Below are positions 33,081 through 47,050 of a stretch of DNA of 64,000 nucleotides, piece by piece. How positions within the stretch are numbered: the stretch's first letter is position 1; each line of letters begins with the position of its first letter. The DNA comes from Asterias rubens. Its lineage: Eukaryota. The notes beneath the pieces are model-generated. The model worked only from the letters and a program-made list of their open reading frames with translations, was not told the DNA's origin and searched no databases. The position numbers and the translations under genes were made by a program. The stretch spans positions 2,480,001 through 2,544,000 of the forward strand of contig NC_047079.1 of assembly GCF_902459465.1 (NCBI RefSeq), in the 5' to 3' direction.

Positions 33081-33913
33081 AAAAACTTTACCCCCAAAAA
33101 TTCTCGCATTCATGTTTGGATTATTAACCATTGTCCTATGGATTTAATAAAATGTGGCCGATTTTTTTTTATATCTGTGCCTCTGTGCGACATTTGTATT
33201 CCATTGGACATAATAAGAAATACGTTGTTTCTTCTCATTCAATTATGCTCAACTTTGGGGAACTATAATGTGCGGCGGTAGTGTATAGGCAGCTAGATGT
33301 GCGCAGGGCTATATTCTGAGTGAGCCACTGACATGAGCTAATCGAATGCCAAGGTCTCCCAGCATTAACACACCGATGCATCTTCGAACAGCTGACCTGT
33401 GTGTATACGTTCGCAACTTCTCCTGGATTCACGATGATCGTAAAATAGTTATTCCCAAGATAAACTTACAATACCAAATTATTTTACAAGCCCACGTTGA
33501 TACCAAAGTACACGTCTTCAAACAAAAATTATTATTGCTCACAAAATGCTATTGTAAAGGCAGTGGACACTATTGGTAATTACTCAAAATAATTATTAGC
33601 ATAAACCTTTCTTGGTGACGAATAAAGGGGAGAGGTTGATGGTATAAAACATTGTGCGAAACGGCTCCCTCTTAAGTGCCATAATTTACGAGAAAGAAGT
33701 AATTTTCCGCGAATTTGATTTCGAGACCTCAGATTTAGAACTTGAGGTCTCGATATCAACCATCTAAACGCACACAACTTCGTGTGACAAGGGTGGTATT
33801 TTCTTTCATTATTATCTCGCAACTTCGATGACCGATTGAGCTCAAAGTTTCACAGGTTTGTTATTTTATGCATATGTTGAGATACACCAACTGTGAAGGC
33901 TAGTCTTTGACAA

Positions 33914-34126
33914 TTACCAATAGTGTCCACTAGGGTTGGTATGCGTGTGTAAATTGTGTGGATGTACCTTGAACCTTTTGTTGTTTGTGTACAGATTCTG
34001 CAATGCGGGACGAATTGCCAACTTCCTGTGAATGATGTCTTTCAGGTCGGAGACGGTTGTTTTATGATCGAGTCGTAGACAGAGGGTTTGGGGGTCGATG
34101 GGCGTCTTTATAAAGATCTGTATCAT
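33914..34126 (-). pseudogene. Truncated ubiquitin-like domain ORF
   Basis: MIQIFIKT..QTLCLRLDHKTTVSDLKDIIHRKLAIRPALQNLY aligns by eye to ubiquitin residues ~1-47. It runs into a family-B MITE. Confidence 0.55.
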
Positions 34127-34250
34127 GTGATGTGTGTCCTTGCTTCTATTCGATGCTGACTCGTCTCTGTATAGATACGATTGGATGTTTTAATGACAAT
34201 ACCTTAAATTACTTCTGCTAGTAGACAATAGAGATATTTTGGTCGTATTA

Positions 34251-34630
34251 TTAAAGGAACACGTTGCCTTGGATCGGCCGAGTTGGTCTTTGCATAGCGT
34301 TTGTAATCGTTGATAAAATGCATATGAGTAGAAAAATGATGTAAAAATAGAATACAATGATTCACACAAACATGCACGGTTTTTCTATTGCATCGTCGAC
34401 TAACACAGTCGGCCATTTATGGGAGTCAAATTTGACTCCCATAAATGGCCGACCGTGTTAGTTCGCAAAGTAACCGGGAAAACCACACAATTTCGAGGCA
34501 AATTTGTGTGGATCATTGTAATCTACTTTTAAAACATCTTTCTAACCATTGTGCATTGTATAACAAACGGTTACAAATAGTTTGTATAGACCAACTCGTC
34601 CAATTCAAGGCAACGTACGTGTTCCTTTAA
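34251..34630. mobile_element. TTAA-flanked palindromic MITE family A (TTAAAGGAACACGTTGCC...); other copies 361-631, 25769-26074, 62062-62476
   Basis: Long internal palindrome centred on gggagtcaaatttgactccc, with TIRs ttaaaggaacacgttgccttggatcgg. Confidence 0.85.
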
Positions 34631-36285
34631 CAATGGAATATAAATCATTGTCAGACAAAAATTGTGTTGCATAAAAACAATCGTCTTATCAGTACCCTTT
34701 AGAAAATGATGACTAGGGTATTGGGCATCGTAAATAAATCCCACGTCAGTGTGATTTTCTGCCTCGGCGTTAAACTCTTTGGAAACTCCATAGTAGGTAG
34801 GCTAAAGCCTCCCTTGACATTCTGTTTAAGTTTATGTACAAAGTATACGGTACCTTTTTGCTTGTGCTCCGCATTGTTCTTTGCCCAATGATGAATCTGA
34901 CGTGATCGTCTTGGTGTCTTGATGCTGTCCCGATGGCTTTGTCCTCTCTGCTAATGCAGATTTGAAAGCCGCCTGTCTACTCTTCTTGATTTTGTTCTTC
35001 CTCTCTACTGGTTTTGCCCTTGAATGATCATAGACGACCCTTAACCTCTTCCGGTCTTCATACCACTGTTTTAGAGATGGCTGAGACATGTTGGTGACGC
35101 TTTGGGGTGTAATCATTGAAGAAAAATCATTGGTTAATATTTTAAGTTTGGAACTAAGTAAATGCATCATTAATTTGCATGAACTTACCTGCATTAAATC
35201 TGAAGCCCGGGGCACTTTACGTGTTGATTTCTTGTGGTTTCGACAATTTACATGCTATACTGTAAACATATTACTACCACACACGTGGACACATGCAGAC
35301 GACCGAAAGTAAGCTTTCTATGTCTGTGTTTTGATTGGTCGTCCGGGGTGACCAATCAAAACAAACACAGCTAAGGTTGCTTTTAGTCAATGCATTTATC
35401 CAATGGTATCGTTGTATCCAATGGAATCACTGGATCTAAATAGCAGGTACCTGTCTTTATCCTTGCGGATAAAGCAAGGACCCAGTCTAGCACTATCGTT
35501 TGCGAGCTTGCTAGGACTAGACTGTGTTGTTAAATGGGAATATTTAATACCATTAACAACACATACAAAGTACCGGTAAGTAGTTTTGGGGCCAACAAAA
35601 ATGCACAGCACACAGAACCCCAATACACACATTCAATGGGAGTTGCTGACCCCCTGGTGACAACAACGTTTAGTTACAAACGTAAGAGGCGCGTTTCCAC
35701 CTGTTTTGTGTAGATTTGGGTGTCATCCATCAAACGGCCTTTAATATACAACATTAGACTTCAAGCCAGGCTTCTTTTGTTTATATGAAATGACAGGCTA
35801 ATACTGGAAACAACAGAAGCCATACCATGATATCAACATTTCCATTGGCATGTAAAGAGACAAACTGCTTGTGTTTATCTGTTTCCATAGTGACACTTTA
35901 CCTGGCTGATGACGACGCTTTACTATGAAACCATTATTATGTTTGTTCCCATCTCAAGTTTGGATTGACAGACTTTAGGGTCACAGGGTTTAAGTACTCT
36001 TTTGTTAATCCTGGCCAGCTTGAAATGGATTGTCTCTGTCCCTAGTTCCCTGCTCCTCTCCCAATTTCCACCCTGTTTTCCTGTCCTATCCCAATCTACC
36101 CTACCCTTTTTCACATTTTTCTTGTTGTATCCAAACCTTATGTCAGTCATCATCATTTAGGACCAGTGTTTTAGTTGCCATTATTTAGCATGTATGCCTT
36201 TATGTAGTTCTGTTCAACATATGTTTTTGTTTTGCTTTTCCTATTACTATCTTATTTGCAATTACATGTATTGTTATTTTTCTTT

Positions 36286-36530
36286 NNNNNNNNNNNNNNN
36301 NNNNNNNNNNNNNNNNNNNNNNNNNNNNNNNNNNNNNNNNNNNNNNNNNNNNNNNNNNNNNNNNNNNNNNNNNNNNNNNNNNNNNNNNNNNNNNNNNNNN
36401 NNNNNNNNNNNNNNNNNNNNNNNNNNNNNNNNNNNNNNNNNNNNNNNNNNNNNNNNNNNNNNNNNNNNNNNNNNNNNNNNNNNNNNNNNNNNNNNNNNNN
36501 NNNNNNNNNNNNNNNNNNNNNNNNNNNNNT
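36286..36530. other. Assembly gap (N run)
   Basis: 245 N. Confidence 1.
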
Positions 36531-37351
36531 TTGTCCGTCCACACGTTGACTATAATGTGGCTATATACTGGAGTCGGAAGAAATGCAGTGACGATTTTTG
36601 TGGAGGTATTTTAAAAGGGATACACGTCGTCCGTATAAAGCAAATTTGCGACTAGTGTATTCCTTTCTGGTAGGCTTACTTCTCTGTGAGCTTTGGAAAA
36701 CTATTTTCCAATATGTTAAATAGGCCAAACATCTCGCATCGAGATGAGAGAAAGAAAATAACCAAGTTCTGTCAGCTTGCCAAAATATAAATATCTGATG
36801 GAACAAAGTCTATTTTGGAAAAATAAAATGTGGTGAAAACCAAATTAAAGGGTGTCTTTTGTTCTCTCCTCTGAGTCGAAATGTATCTGATTCTTAGAAA
36901 CATGCGCGATTCTGTAGTCGCAGCGCTGTAGCCAAGGTGGAAGGGCGGAAATCCTTGACCCAATTCCATAAAGCTCTTAAAGGCACTGGCTGGACACTCA
37001 CTTGGTAATTACTCAACATAATTTGTTAGCATAACAACTTAATTGGCAACAAGCAAAGGAGAGGTTTTGATAGTACAAAACATTGTGAGAAACGGCTCCC
37101 TCTGCAGTAACGTAGTTTTCGAGAAAGAAGTAATTTTCCGCGAATTTGATTTCGAGACCTCAGGATTAGATTTTGAGGTCCCCAAATCTGCCTCTGAAAG
37201 CACACAATTCCGCGTGAGAAAGGTGTTTTTTCTTTCATTATTATCTCGCAACTTCTACGACCAATTGAGTTCAAATTTTCACAGGTTTGTTATTTTGTGC
37301 ATATGTTGCAATACACCAAGTCTTTGACAATTACCAAAGGTGTCCAGTGTC

Positions 37352-37716
37352 TTAAAGCCATTGGACCCTTTCGGTAAACAGTATTGTCCGAGGCCACACT
37401 TCGTGTATCACAACTTCTATATCAAAAACCTGTGAAAATTTGGGCTTAATCGGTCATCGGAGTCGGGAGAAAATAACAGGAAAACCCACCCTTGTATCCG
37501 CGCGTTTCGCCGTGTCATGACATGTGTTTAAATTAAATCCATAATTCTCGTTAACGAGATTTGATATTGTTTTACTGTTTTCTCAAAAAGTAAAGCATTT
37601 CATGGACTAATATTTCAAGAGAAGTATTACACAACTAGCTTCTGTAAACCCTGTAAGTTATTTGTAAATCTGTGAACTTTTTTTTCTGTACCGAAATGGT
37701 CCAATGTGTTTAAAGC
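37352..37716. mobile_element. TTAA-flanked MITE family D (TTAAAGCCATTGGAC...); inverted partial copy ~5125-5432
   Basis: It shares its left TTAA with the adjacent family-B copy and ends gtccaatgtgtttaa. Confidence 0.65.
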
Positions 37717-39299
37717 AGAAAATACCGCTTTTCAAATATATTTGCTAAAGTGTGGTGATCCCAATCATTAGGTTGGCATGAGATTTACCATAACCCCCCC
37801 CCCCACCCCACAACACACACACGCACACCGTACGGTAGTAAAAGTGTGGTAGGCGGGGAAATTGCCGAGAACATTGTGTACGGGTTTAGTTTGGGAACAA
37901 TGCAACCTAGCCAAAGCTGTAAAATAAAACATAATGTCCGTCGCCATGGCAGCGAGGTTAACTGTAGGGCGCAGGAGCGTTACCATGGAGAAACAGGTCA
38001 ACACAACCGAACTCTCTTTGTTCGTTCCATCGATTCCTCTGTGCATCTATAGTTGCATTTTGGTGTCGCGCCTAGAGTAATGTATGTAATATTTTAGAAT
38101 TTGCGCTTTTTATATCACATTATTTAGGGAATAACAGTGTTCGTACCCGGTCTTCACTGCGTGGTAATGACCGGGTTGGTGGCTGGCGCTGCTGTTAACG
38201 GACCGAGCCCGGCTCGTTAACAGTGCCAGCCACCAACCCGGTCACTACCTCGCAGTGAAGACCGGGTACGAACACTGTTATTCCCTAATTAATTAATTAT
38301 ATCAAATTATGGAATAATTATTAACTGTCATCCAGTGGTAAGCCTTCCATTTCATTCATTTCATTCATTCAATGGTTTATTAAAATTAATTATATGTCAT
38401 TCTAACAATATAAAAGTTAGCTTTTCTGTTATGTGTGTTGAATAAGGCCGTATTAACATCAAGACGGATAAAAAAAAAATACACAAAATTATCAATATTG
38501 TCTGGCTTACAAAAACAGATCATATATCTCCGAAAAATGAATCAAATTTTTACTTGTGCCTTGGACAATTACACGAATAACATGTAAGCTACAGTTAGAT
38601 AGATAGATAGTCGATAAATGATTGATACTGGGAACATGACAATTTCATGGGTTTTTAAGCTTCTATTAAATTTATCAAATAAACGATTTAATTGGTTTGT
38701 TGTATTAACAAAGAACTTGACTGTCTTATTTACCGTTATGCACAAATCTGAAAAGCGTAACTGCAGTGACGCTTCTATGTGTACTCCCATTAGGGATTAT
38801 TCTTTATGTAGGGACATTATTCGCTCAGATATCTCAAAATCGTGAACAATTTTTGAAATGAAATTTTCACACTATTCGTTTATATAAGATTAAAACAATC
38901 GAACGGTTCCCAAAACCAGAGGTAGGCATTTGCTCTGCTGTTAACAAGTACAATCGTCACAAAAAGGTAAATAACTTGATGGCGATTGAGCCTTTCCGTA
39001 TATAAAGTGTATTCATGAGAATGTCACCTACCTGCGAGGAGTCAAAACTCCCGTTGAAACTGACTGACACCAGTCGTACAGCTGGTGAAGAAATGCATGT
39101 ATACGGCCCTTCTCTGAATCGGCATCTGGTAATGATTCTGACAAGAAAGGAGAGGTGTTCTTCTCTATATACTGAATCAACCTTGCAGGCTCAAATGTTG
39201 CCATACTGCTGTCTAGCTAGTCTGACGATGGTTGGAATCTGTCTCACTGTGGTTAGACTTGGTTTCAAGTCTTTGATCGAGGCTTTTTAGTCGTCCTGA

Positions 39300-39960
39300 T
39301 AGCCGCTACAAACAGCGCCCTCTTGTGATCTTTCTTCGTCCTTTAGCCTACGATTAGATGCGCGTGATAGCTAATAATGTGGGGCGTTGTTCGTGGCTGG
39401 GATGCAAAAGAATAACCGCAATCTAAGACTTGAATCAAGTCTACACTGTGGTTTGCTTGTCATTCTGAGCCCCACTCTTGGCTCTGTGCCAAAAGGTGTG
39501 GTCTGCGTCTAGTTACCTACTTCAAACGTTACACTGATTAATGCGGTGTTGGGTAAACATTGAGGCGCCAGGCTTTTCAAAGGGTTGCGCATTTGTCTAA
39601 AATGGATTCGTTTAAAGTAGGTCTGCTGTACAATGGCTAAGCCCATTAAAGTTATTTTTTTGAAGCTTTTTAATATGCCATTCCTCCGAAAATAGTAGTA
39701 GATATTCGCCGTGGTTTATACCTTGATGAAAGAAACACTATTTCATTTCAAGGGACCACCATTACTTGCCAATTTTCATGCTTTTATTCTGTGAGGATTG
39801 GTCAATTGTTAACAACATATTTTTATTAGAAACACTGCAACATTCTTTTCTTATTTCATGGATTAATTTATTTATTTGATTCTTTCAGCTGCAGGTATTT
39901 CTCATGCAATTATCCACATTTTCCTTTACAGGGTCTTAATTATTTAAATAATTGTTTAAT
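39300..39960 (-). mobile_element. Possible heavily decayed L1/Tx1-like endonuclease fragment
   Basis: Scattered motif-like peptides (NVAVFL, NNFNG, TFW..CRLD) among many stops; weak support. Confidence 0.25.
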
Positions 39961-41995
39961 GCTAGGTCAGCTCGGAGAAAAATAACAAAAAAGTATTATT
40001 GGCAAAGATCTTTTTGTTGAAAAGCTTACTGGTGGTTAAGTTCACATTTGAACTATTTTTTTCTGTCTCTGAAATGAAGTTTGTTAATATCAAGAACTAC
40101 ATGAATGAAAACGTCTCATCAGCATCTGAGCAAAAAGTACCTAACATTGTTACAAAAAAATTACCTGAAAGGTCCTATCTAGATTGTTTTGTTTTTCTAG
40201 TATAGCCAGGTTCAAATCTCCTGCGAATGTGAATGCGATACGAATGTTGATATCAAAAGTTCACAAATAATTTGCAGAGGTTGAATTGTGCGAATATTGC
40301 ATTGTGCGAATATCGCAGCGAAAACAGAGTTGTGATGTAAAATTCAAGTAAAATCCGTATCGAATTCACATTCGCAGGAAGTATGAACCAGGCTTGAGGC
40401 TTTCAATTTTAAATTTAAAAAATATTCAGAAAGATAAATTCACAAGCATGCAAAAGTTTCAACTCAATTCGGGGTCTGTTAGCTTGAGAAAAAAACCTTT
40501 CATTTAGTACGAGGTACTCAAGTATCTTGTAAGAAGGTACGAAGTGTCAAAGGTACGAAGGTTATAAATCTTCGTTAGATTGTCGAGAAGGCTACTTACC
40601 CCACCATGTTGGTCTAACTCGGACGGAAATTTACTTCCAATCGGTTTCAAGGAGCAGTGTCGGAACGCTCGCATTTTCACGCGAAATCTCGAAGGGGTCC
40701 GAGGCCAGCTCTCGCTGCAAATGAAATCGAGCTCTACGCTTCATTATCGAGCACGGAGCGCACGGACTGTATCCTGATGATCCTCTTGGTAATAAGTCAT
40801 GACATTAATTTTTGAGAGGGAATGTGGTGCAATGAATATTCATGTACCTACTTTGCATATCATTTGTTTACACTGTGCCTCTGTTTCCAAAACGTCCTCA
40901 CTTAATTCCGATAAGAACGTGGCAATTTTTTAGGGTTTGTGTACTTTTTGTTAACACAAAACACAATGTCCAAAGATTTACATTAAACTTACACCGTTTG
41001 AAGAAAGCTTCCCTTGGGGTGATGTTTTATCAGACAGGTGAACTTCGATATCTCGCGTATTGTTGTTTTCGTCAGTTGTTGGTTTTGGTGTTTGATTTCC
41101 TAGTTTATAGCGGTGCCCAATTTTGTGTGATTTAGTAAAAGCATTGTGTAATAACAATGGGAGAATTTGAGGCGCTAGACGGCAGCAGACTTACCAGGTA
41201 AAACTCCATTGTTTACGTAGTTCTGAGCATGCGCACATTATCGAGAGCAATGTATTTTACCCATAGAGTCTATGGTTTTACCTGGTAAGTATGCTGCCAC
41301 CAAGCGCCCTGAAAGTCTCCCATTAATAGTTGTAACAAGTTTTGAAGAAATCAATATAAACCACAAGTTTTTAAGAATTTTAATCAATTGGAGAGACGGA
41401 CACAGACAGTTCGAAAAATTCTTGTCATAATTTTATTTCAATTCAGGACGTACTTAACAGTAATTTTAAATGAATTGTGGCATGTTTATTTGATTCACAT
41501 TACAATACAGGTTTAATTTTATCCCACCCCATCCGTCTTCATAAACTTGTCCATGTTACATTTAAGTTTTGAGTGCTTTTTGGCGGTCGTATAAACCAAT
41601 AACTGTTTCGGTCATTGACCAGTGATTTACCAATGGTCAATTCAACTGAAAACAGTTACTTTTGGTACGACCCCAAAGCGCCCAACCTGTTGTGCGTCAC
41701 TTCATGCGTCTGAAAACCTATAAAACCCTTGGGCTTGTAATACATCATGCCTGTAATAGGGGAACAGAGTGTTGAAATCCAAATTAATTACACAGTTTTC
41801 GAAGAAACATACGCGGGACCATGGTCATTTTCAAAATCATAGCTTAGTATAAGCTTTGACTGCGGATTAGGCTCCGTCTCCCAACAGCAAACGTTTTTAA
41901 AACGACTGGAAGGAGAGTAGTATGTAAGGCGTATATGACCTCCTTTTTATAAGGAGGGTCATGACCCTCAGTCATGAGGGTCTTCGATCTACCCT

Positions 41996-42793
41996 ATGAA
42001 GCACAAATCATTCGTCTTGGATCGTCTCACTGATATAAAAATGGAGTCGAAGCGTCTAAACACTTTGCTTTGACCAGTACAGGTAAAGGTTTCGTGTCCG
42101 ATTTGTGGGAAGAGCTTTTCGCGTAGCGACAATATGAAACGACACCGACAGACACACAAGCACCCCAGTATCGGAAGCCAATCGAAAGCTTGTCCTATTT
42201 GTGATAAGGTGTTTTCCACTTCAAACAATTTGAAGAAACATCTTCAAAATCATAAGGAGGAGGAGGAGGAGGACCTCCTCGAAGGTGATAGTGGCGAGTC
42301 CACAGAAGGGGAGGATTTTGAAGATGAGGAAGTGGAGTGGGAGGAGCTTCATGAAGACGATAGTGATGAATCGACAGATGATGATGATTTTGAAAATGAA
42401 GACGTGATGGAGGAAGGGGACTACCGTGAAGATGATGATAGTGATGGACTAACAGATGATGATGATGGCCATGAAAATGAAGGAGATGAGGAGAAGGAGG
42501 AGTTCCTTGAAGACGATAGTGGTTAATCGGCACATGATAAGACTTATGAAAGCGAAGAATTGGAGGAGGAGGAGGAGGAGGAGGAGGGATTATGTGAAGA
42601 CGATCGTGATGAATCAACTGATGATGACGATTTTGAAGATGAAGAGGAGGAGGAGGAGGAGGAATTTCAAGAAGACGATAGCGATCTATCAACAGACGAA
42701 AGTGCTTATGAGAATGAAGAGGAAGAGAGCGGGAGACGTGCAACGAAAATACTGAATTTTTCGATAAAGAATGCTAAACTTATGTTGAAATGA
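41996..42793 (+). pseudogene. Two C2H2 zinc fingers plus a long Asp/Glu repeat tail; one frame with two premature stops (Polinton cargo)
   Basis: CPICGKSFSRSDNMKRHRQTH and CPICDKVFSTSNNLKKHLQNH. In-frame TGA at 42071-42073 and TAA at 42524-42526, the latter where the repeat consensus has GAA. Track ORFs 42134 and 42560 share this frame. Confidence 0.8.
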
Positions 42794-45700
42794 TGAAAGG
42801 TTTTTCAATCCTACACCCCAAGATTGTATTGTTTGATTTGGTGTAACCCTGACCCAAATGAGGTCTCAGGTTACAGTATATTTTGTGTTTTACAAAATAT
42901 GATCTTTATTTCATTGTGTAATTTTGATTTCCCTTTTTTTCATTGCTCATGTGTTTATTCCACATGTGCATTTTCAATTTGCCATGGTTGTGCATTTTCT
43001 CTGGTCATGGTGTCCCTTTGTTTATTGTGTTTACCAGCCATGCTATTCAAATGGTGTTTTAACTCATGCTCTTTGATCTTCACCTATCTATTCAACTATG
43101 CTTATAATCTTTACCTTCTTGGAGGAAGTGGAGATACACCTTTTGTTTCCTTCTGGGAATGGCCAGTACCCTTTTTCTTTAATCCATGACCACGAACCCA
43201 AGCTGTGAAGTCGTAAAGATTTATCTTTACTTCACTCCCTCTATTTCAAATGGACCAATCAACTTTAGAGCCATAAGTGATATTTTTCAAACCATCCAAT
43301 GAGAGTAAACAGCTGACCTAAGCTGAGGCATGGTCGGAGGCCTGGCTTGGCCCAAAATTCTGGTCAGACCAAGCACTCCACCATTTGCCATCGCTCCAGC
43401 TGGATGTGTGTCCGCACATGCCTCTACGACTATCTTTTCTTCAAGTGCTTGTTAAATCATTTCTCCAAGCAACTTTCTTATTCTGGAGTGAAGACAACTT
43501 CTACTTTTAAATGAATGTTGGCTCTCTATAATAGGTGAGTTTTAGTATTTAAGTAATATTTGTAACTTGTTATTTGGATGTTTCCAGTAAGGTCTCTGTT
43601 GAAGTTAGAATTTGATTTATGATTTTTGAATTTCACAGACAACCTTTAAACTTTCATTTTTATTAAATGTATTTCCTTAAATTCTCTTAAGCACTTTTGT
43701 TTTATATTTAATTCTATGATGAAAGATCTATCATGCTATTATCTGAATTGGAGAAACAGATCTTTATGCTTTTAAGCATGTATGTTTTAAGTTCTTTAAA
43801 AAGATTTGTTGCAACTTTTTTTGATTTATTGAGGAGAGACCTACATGCATTTGCTTTTGCCGATTTCTCATTTTGTATTCTTGATAAGAACTAACAGAAT
43901 AGTCATGATATTTACCACCAGCTGATTCAGTTGATGTATTGTGGTAAGTCATGCTATTCGTGCAGTCCTCATTACTTGGACTGGTTCTGAATACTATCAA
44001 GATATATTTTAGGTCTGCTGTGTTTTAAGTTTTACAATGTACATGTATATACTTTATATTTTAATGGCAATCCCGCATAAGACTTAAAGACACAAAGTGT
44101 TGTCTAGTGATAGAGTTTTGCATAAAAGCCAGATTGTGCTTTTGTACCCGAGGGTACTTCATACCTTATTTTATGTATTTTGCACTTGCTTAGATTTTAG
44201 AGAATGTGCTGTTTGATGTAACACTTTTAGCTCATTTAAGCTTGGACTATTTTAAGTTTGCTAAGCTGTCTTAATGAGACAGATGACAATTTTGATATGC
44301 TACATGAGGGAGTAATTTTCTCCTTGTAGCCAGATAGCCAAAAGTATTGGCTTATCTTTATTTAACTTATTGGCTTGTGGAGTTTTTTAACAAGTATTTG
44401 ATATAATACTATATTTCCCGAGCGTTCCATCAGTTAGCTGACTGGATATTTTATATTCCTTGAGAGGATTGTATTGTAATATGGCATGGACCATTATCGC
44501 TCTCTATAATAGGTACAGAAGACGGAATGTGGTGATGAGGAAGATTGACTGGCCCTCTAGATAACTTCCGTCCATTTCATCTGTGACCTATCGCAAGTAT
44601 AACAGTTTTTAACATTCTTGCATTTGCAAGCTTACATGTATACCGACAACGTCCTTCCGTGATAAGAGGAACTCACTGGATCGTCTCCCAACTGATGTTT
44701 GGACCTCGCCCGTAGGACGCGAACCGCGGTTTAGGATCTATTTTAGATTTGGCGCCCGAGCTCATTTTTGTATTATTTAAATATTACAGGATCCTTTAAT
44801 TGTAAAGTTTATATTCTGTATTTCTTTTATTGGTGATTTATTGTTCAAATAAATCAGAGTTTCTGTTATTGTGCATCATATCTCGAATTCTCTAAACTTG
44901 GTTTTATTTCAAAAAGGGAGTTGTAAATTCATTTTCGGTTCCCGCTATTTTTGTTGGCGAACCCAGGGTTACATTTGTAACAATACAGAACAGTATTATC
45001 AACGGAAATTTGTTAAAGCATAACAATCTATCAACTGTAAACACTATGAGGGTTTTAATAAGTGAACTCGCCACACATAAAAATAAAAGAAATAACAATA
45101 ATAATATTAACAATAATAAGATGAGTACAAATAAATTAATATATAAAATATACACAAAACAAAAAACAAAACCATGAAAACGATTATGTCTTTGCTCTAG
45201 TTTCCAACAATCTCAACCCATCCACCTTATCTCCTTAATAGGCAGGCCGGGGTCGCTGGGGTCCAATCAATCACCTACATGCGAACGCAGATTTCAAAGT
45301 TCTTGTCATAATGGGGGGGGGTCTTCGTCATTTATAATTGTTTTAAGTATTGTGGAGGTTTTAAGTAGATGTTATTGTTAATGGAGTGTTATATACCGAA
45401 TAAAGTTTTTGGTTAACGTATATCTTGTTTTTCCGTGTATACTCGTTTTCTCTGCAGCCCCTTTTTGCAAAGGTAAACACAAACATAATACCGTGTCCGA
45501 GTGATTGTGGTACATGATGTGGGCTTGGAGTTATAGAAAACAAAGACAGCTCCACTGTATATGGGGAACAAGAACTGACACGTTTGGCTGGTAGACCAAT
45601 CAGTTGTGACGTCATCTTTTAACTACCAGATAAGGCTCAGTGATCAAGGGTCATTGAGGTTTTCACGTAAACCATGCACCGGTCTTTTTGTTTGTACACG

Positions 45701-46248
45701 AAGTGAAGGCCACTGGCAATTACAGATTAGGCTAGTAATTATTAGATTCTATTATGACACCATAACTCTATTTAACGTTTAATCTTTTTAGAGAACGATG
45801 GAAATAATATGATCGTTTGCAGAAACATATCCTGGATATGCACCGTAAGTTTATAAGTCCGTACATAAACGTACGCATAGAAAACTATCTGTTGTATTGC
45901 AAACTGCTTAGGCCTACCAAAACAAAAAAAAAAGAAAGGGGGGGCGTGTAAATGCAAACAAACTAAACATTTATTCTTTTTTGTTTCCGATGGCTAACTC
46001 GGTTGTACCCACACTTTGGGGCTCTTATTTATTCAAAGTAGTGTAGATTACCGGTGTTGTCGTCAAAAGTTTAAATCATTGTATGTGTAATACAAAAAAA
46101 AAACACGACCTTGTTTATATATCGTCGGTCTTTGATTGCAACGCTATATTGCTTTTGTAAGATCGGTACCCTTTCTTCGTATTTTCCATAAAGTATTTAA
46201 TTATATTCAATTATGATACTATTACTGTAATGTACACAGTATTTAAAC

Positions 46249-46284
<36 letters not shown>

Positions 46285-46900
46285 GTATTATTATTGTTTT
46301 TTTTTATTATTACCATTATTGGTTTATTAAAAATGCAAACATGGTTGTCAAAATAGCCGAATTGTGGATGGATATTATACAAAGAGTAAAAAGAAAAAAA
46401 AAAAGAAAAAAATTATTAGACGTTATATTTAAATAATGGTTCGTGGCGGCATTCCAACAGAGCCGTTTTATTTTTGAACAAAGGAATCAATTAGTGCACC
46501 GCAATACAGAAATGTATACGCCACGTCCGTTTAATTGGGCCTTCCGCTCGGTTGTCGGTCAGGCAACTGAGAGCAAGTTCAAACGACCAAAAGAACTAGC
46601 GGACACGTCAATCTTGACCGAGGGGTGATTCTTAAACGAGTTATTTGCATCGAGAAATGGCCCATGTTCTTCATGTTTTTCTTGTAACCATTGTTAGGTG
46701 ATTCAATTATGTAACAACAAAAACAACAACAACAACAAACGAACATTTAGAGCAGGTTCAGACACGATCAAAACTTGGTAGACGACATCAAAATTATCGG
46801 CCCGTACACTCATGAAGGGGTGTGTTACTAACGACGGTTGTTTGCATCGAACAATGTCTCTTTAATTTCCTTAAACTAATCATGCCAGTTGATACAAGCT

Positions 46901-47050
46901 NNNNNNNNNNNNNNNNNNNNNNNNNNNNNNNNNNNNNNNNNNNNNNNNNNNNNNNNNNNNNNNNNNNNNNNNNNNNNNNNNNNNNNNNNNNNNNNNNNNN
47001 NNNNNNNNNNNNNNNNNNNNNNNNNNNNNNNNNNNNNNNNNNNNNNNNNA
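46901..47050. other. Assembly gap (N run) inside the Polinton-like element
   Basis: 150 N. Confidence 1.

Noticed and set aside
32178-34126. Ubiquitin-like ORF as the first coding exon of the NLR
   Set aside because: The only candidate donor (AAG|GTACAT, phase 0) is weak and gives an immediate stop when joined to the 32178 acceptor.
42195-42755. His/Pro-rich minus-strand ORF and Met/Arg-rich alternative-frame ORF
   Set aside because: Both are shadows of the GAG/GAT acidic repeat in other frames.
44475-44973. Solo LTR (TGTAA...TTACA, AATAAA, TGGCGCCCGA) or integrase motif (IIESDNG on the minus strand) inside the Polinton-like element
   Set aside because: There is no matching TSD, the PBS-like word is internal rather than adjacent, and the peptide sits in a short closed frame without other DDE motifs.
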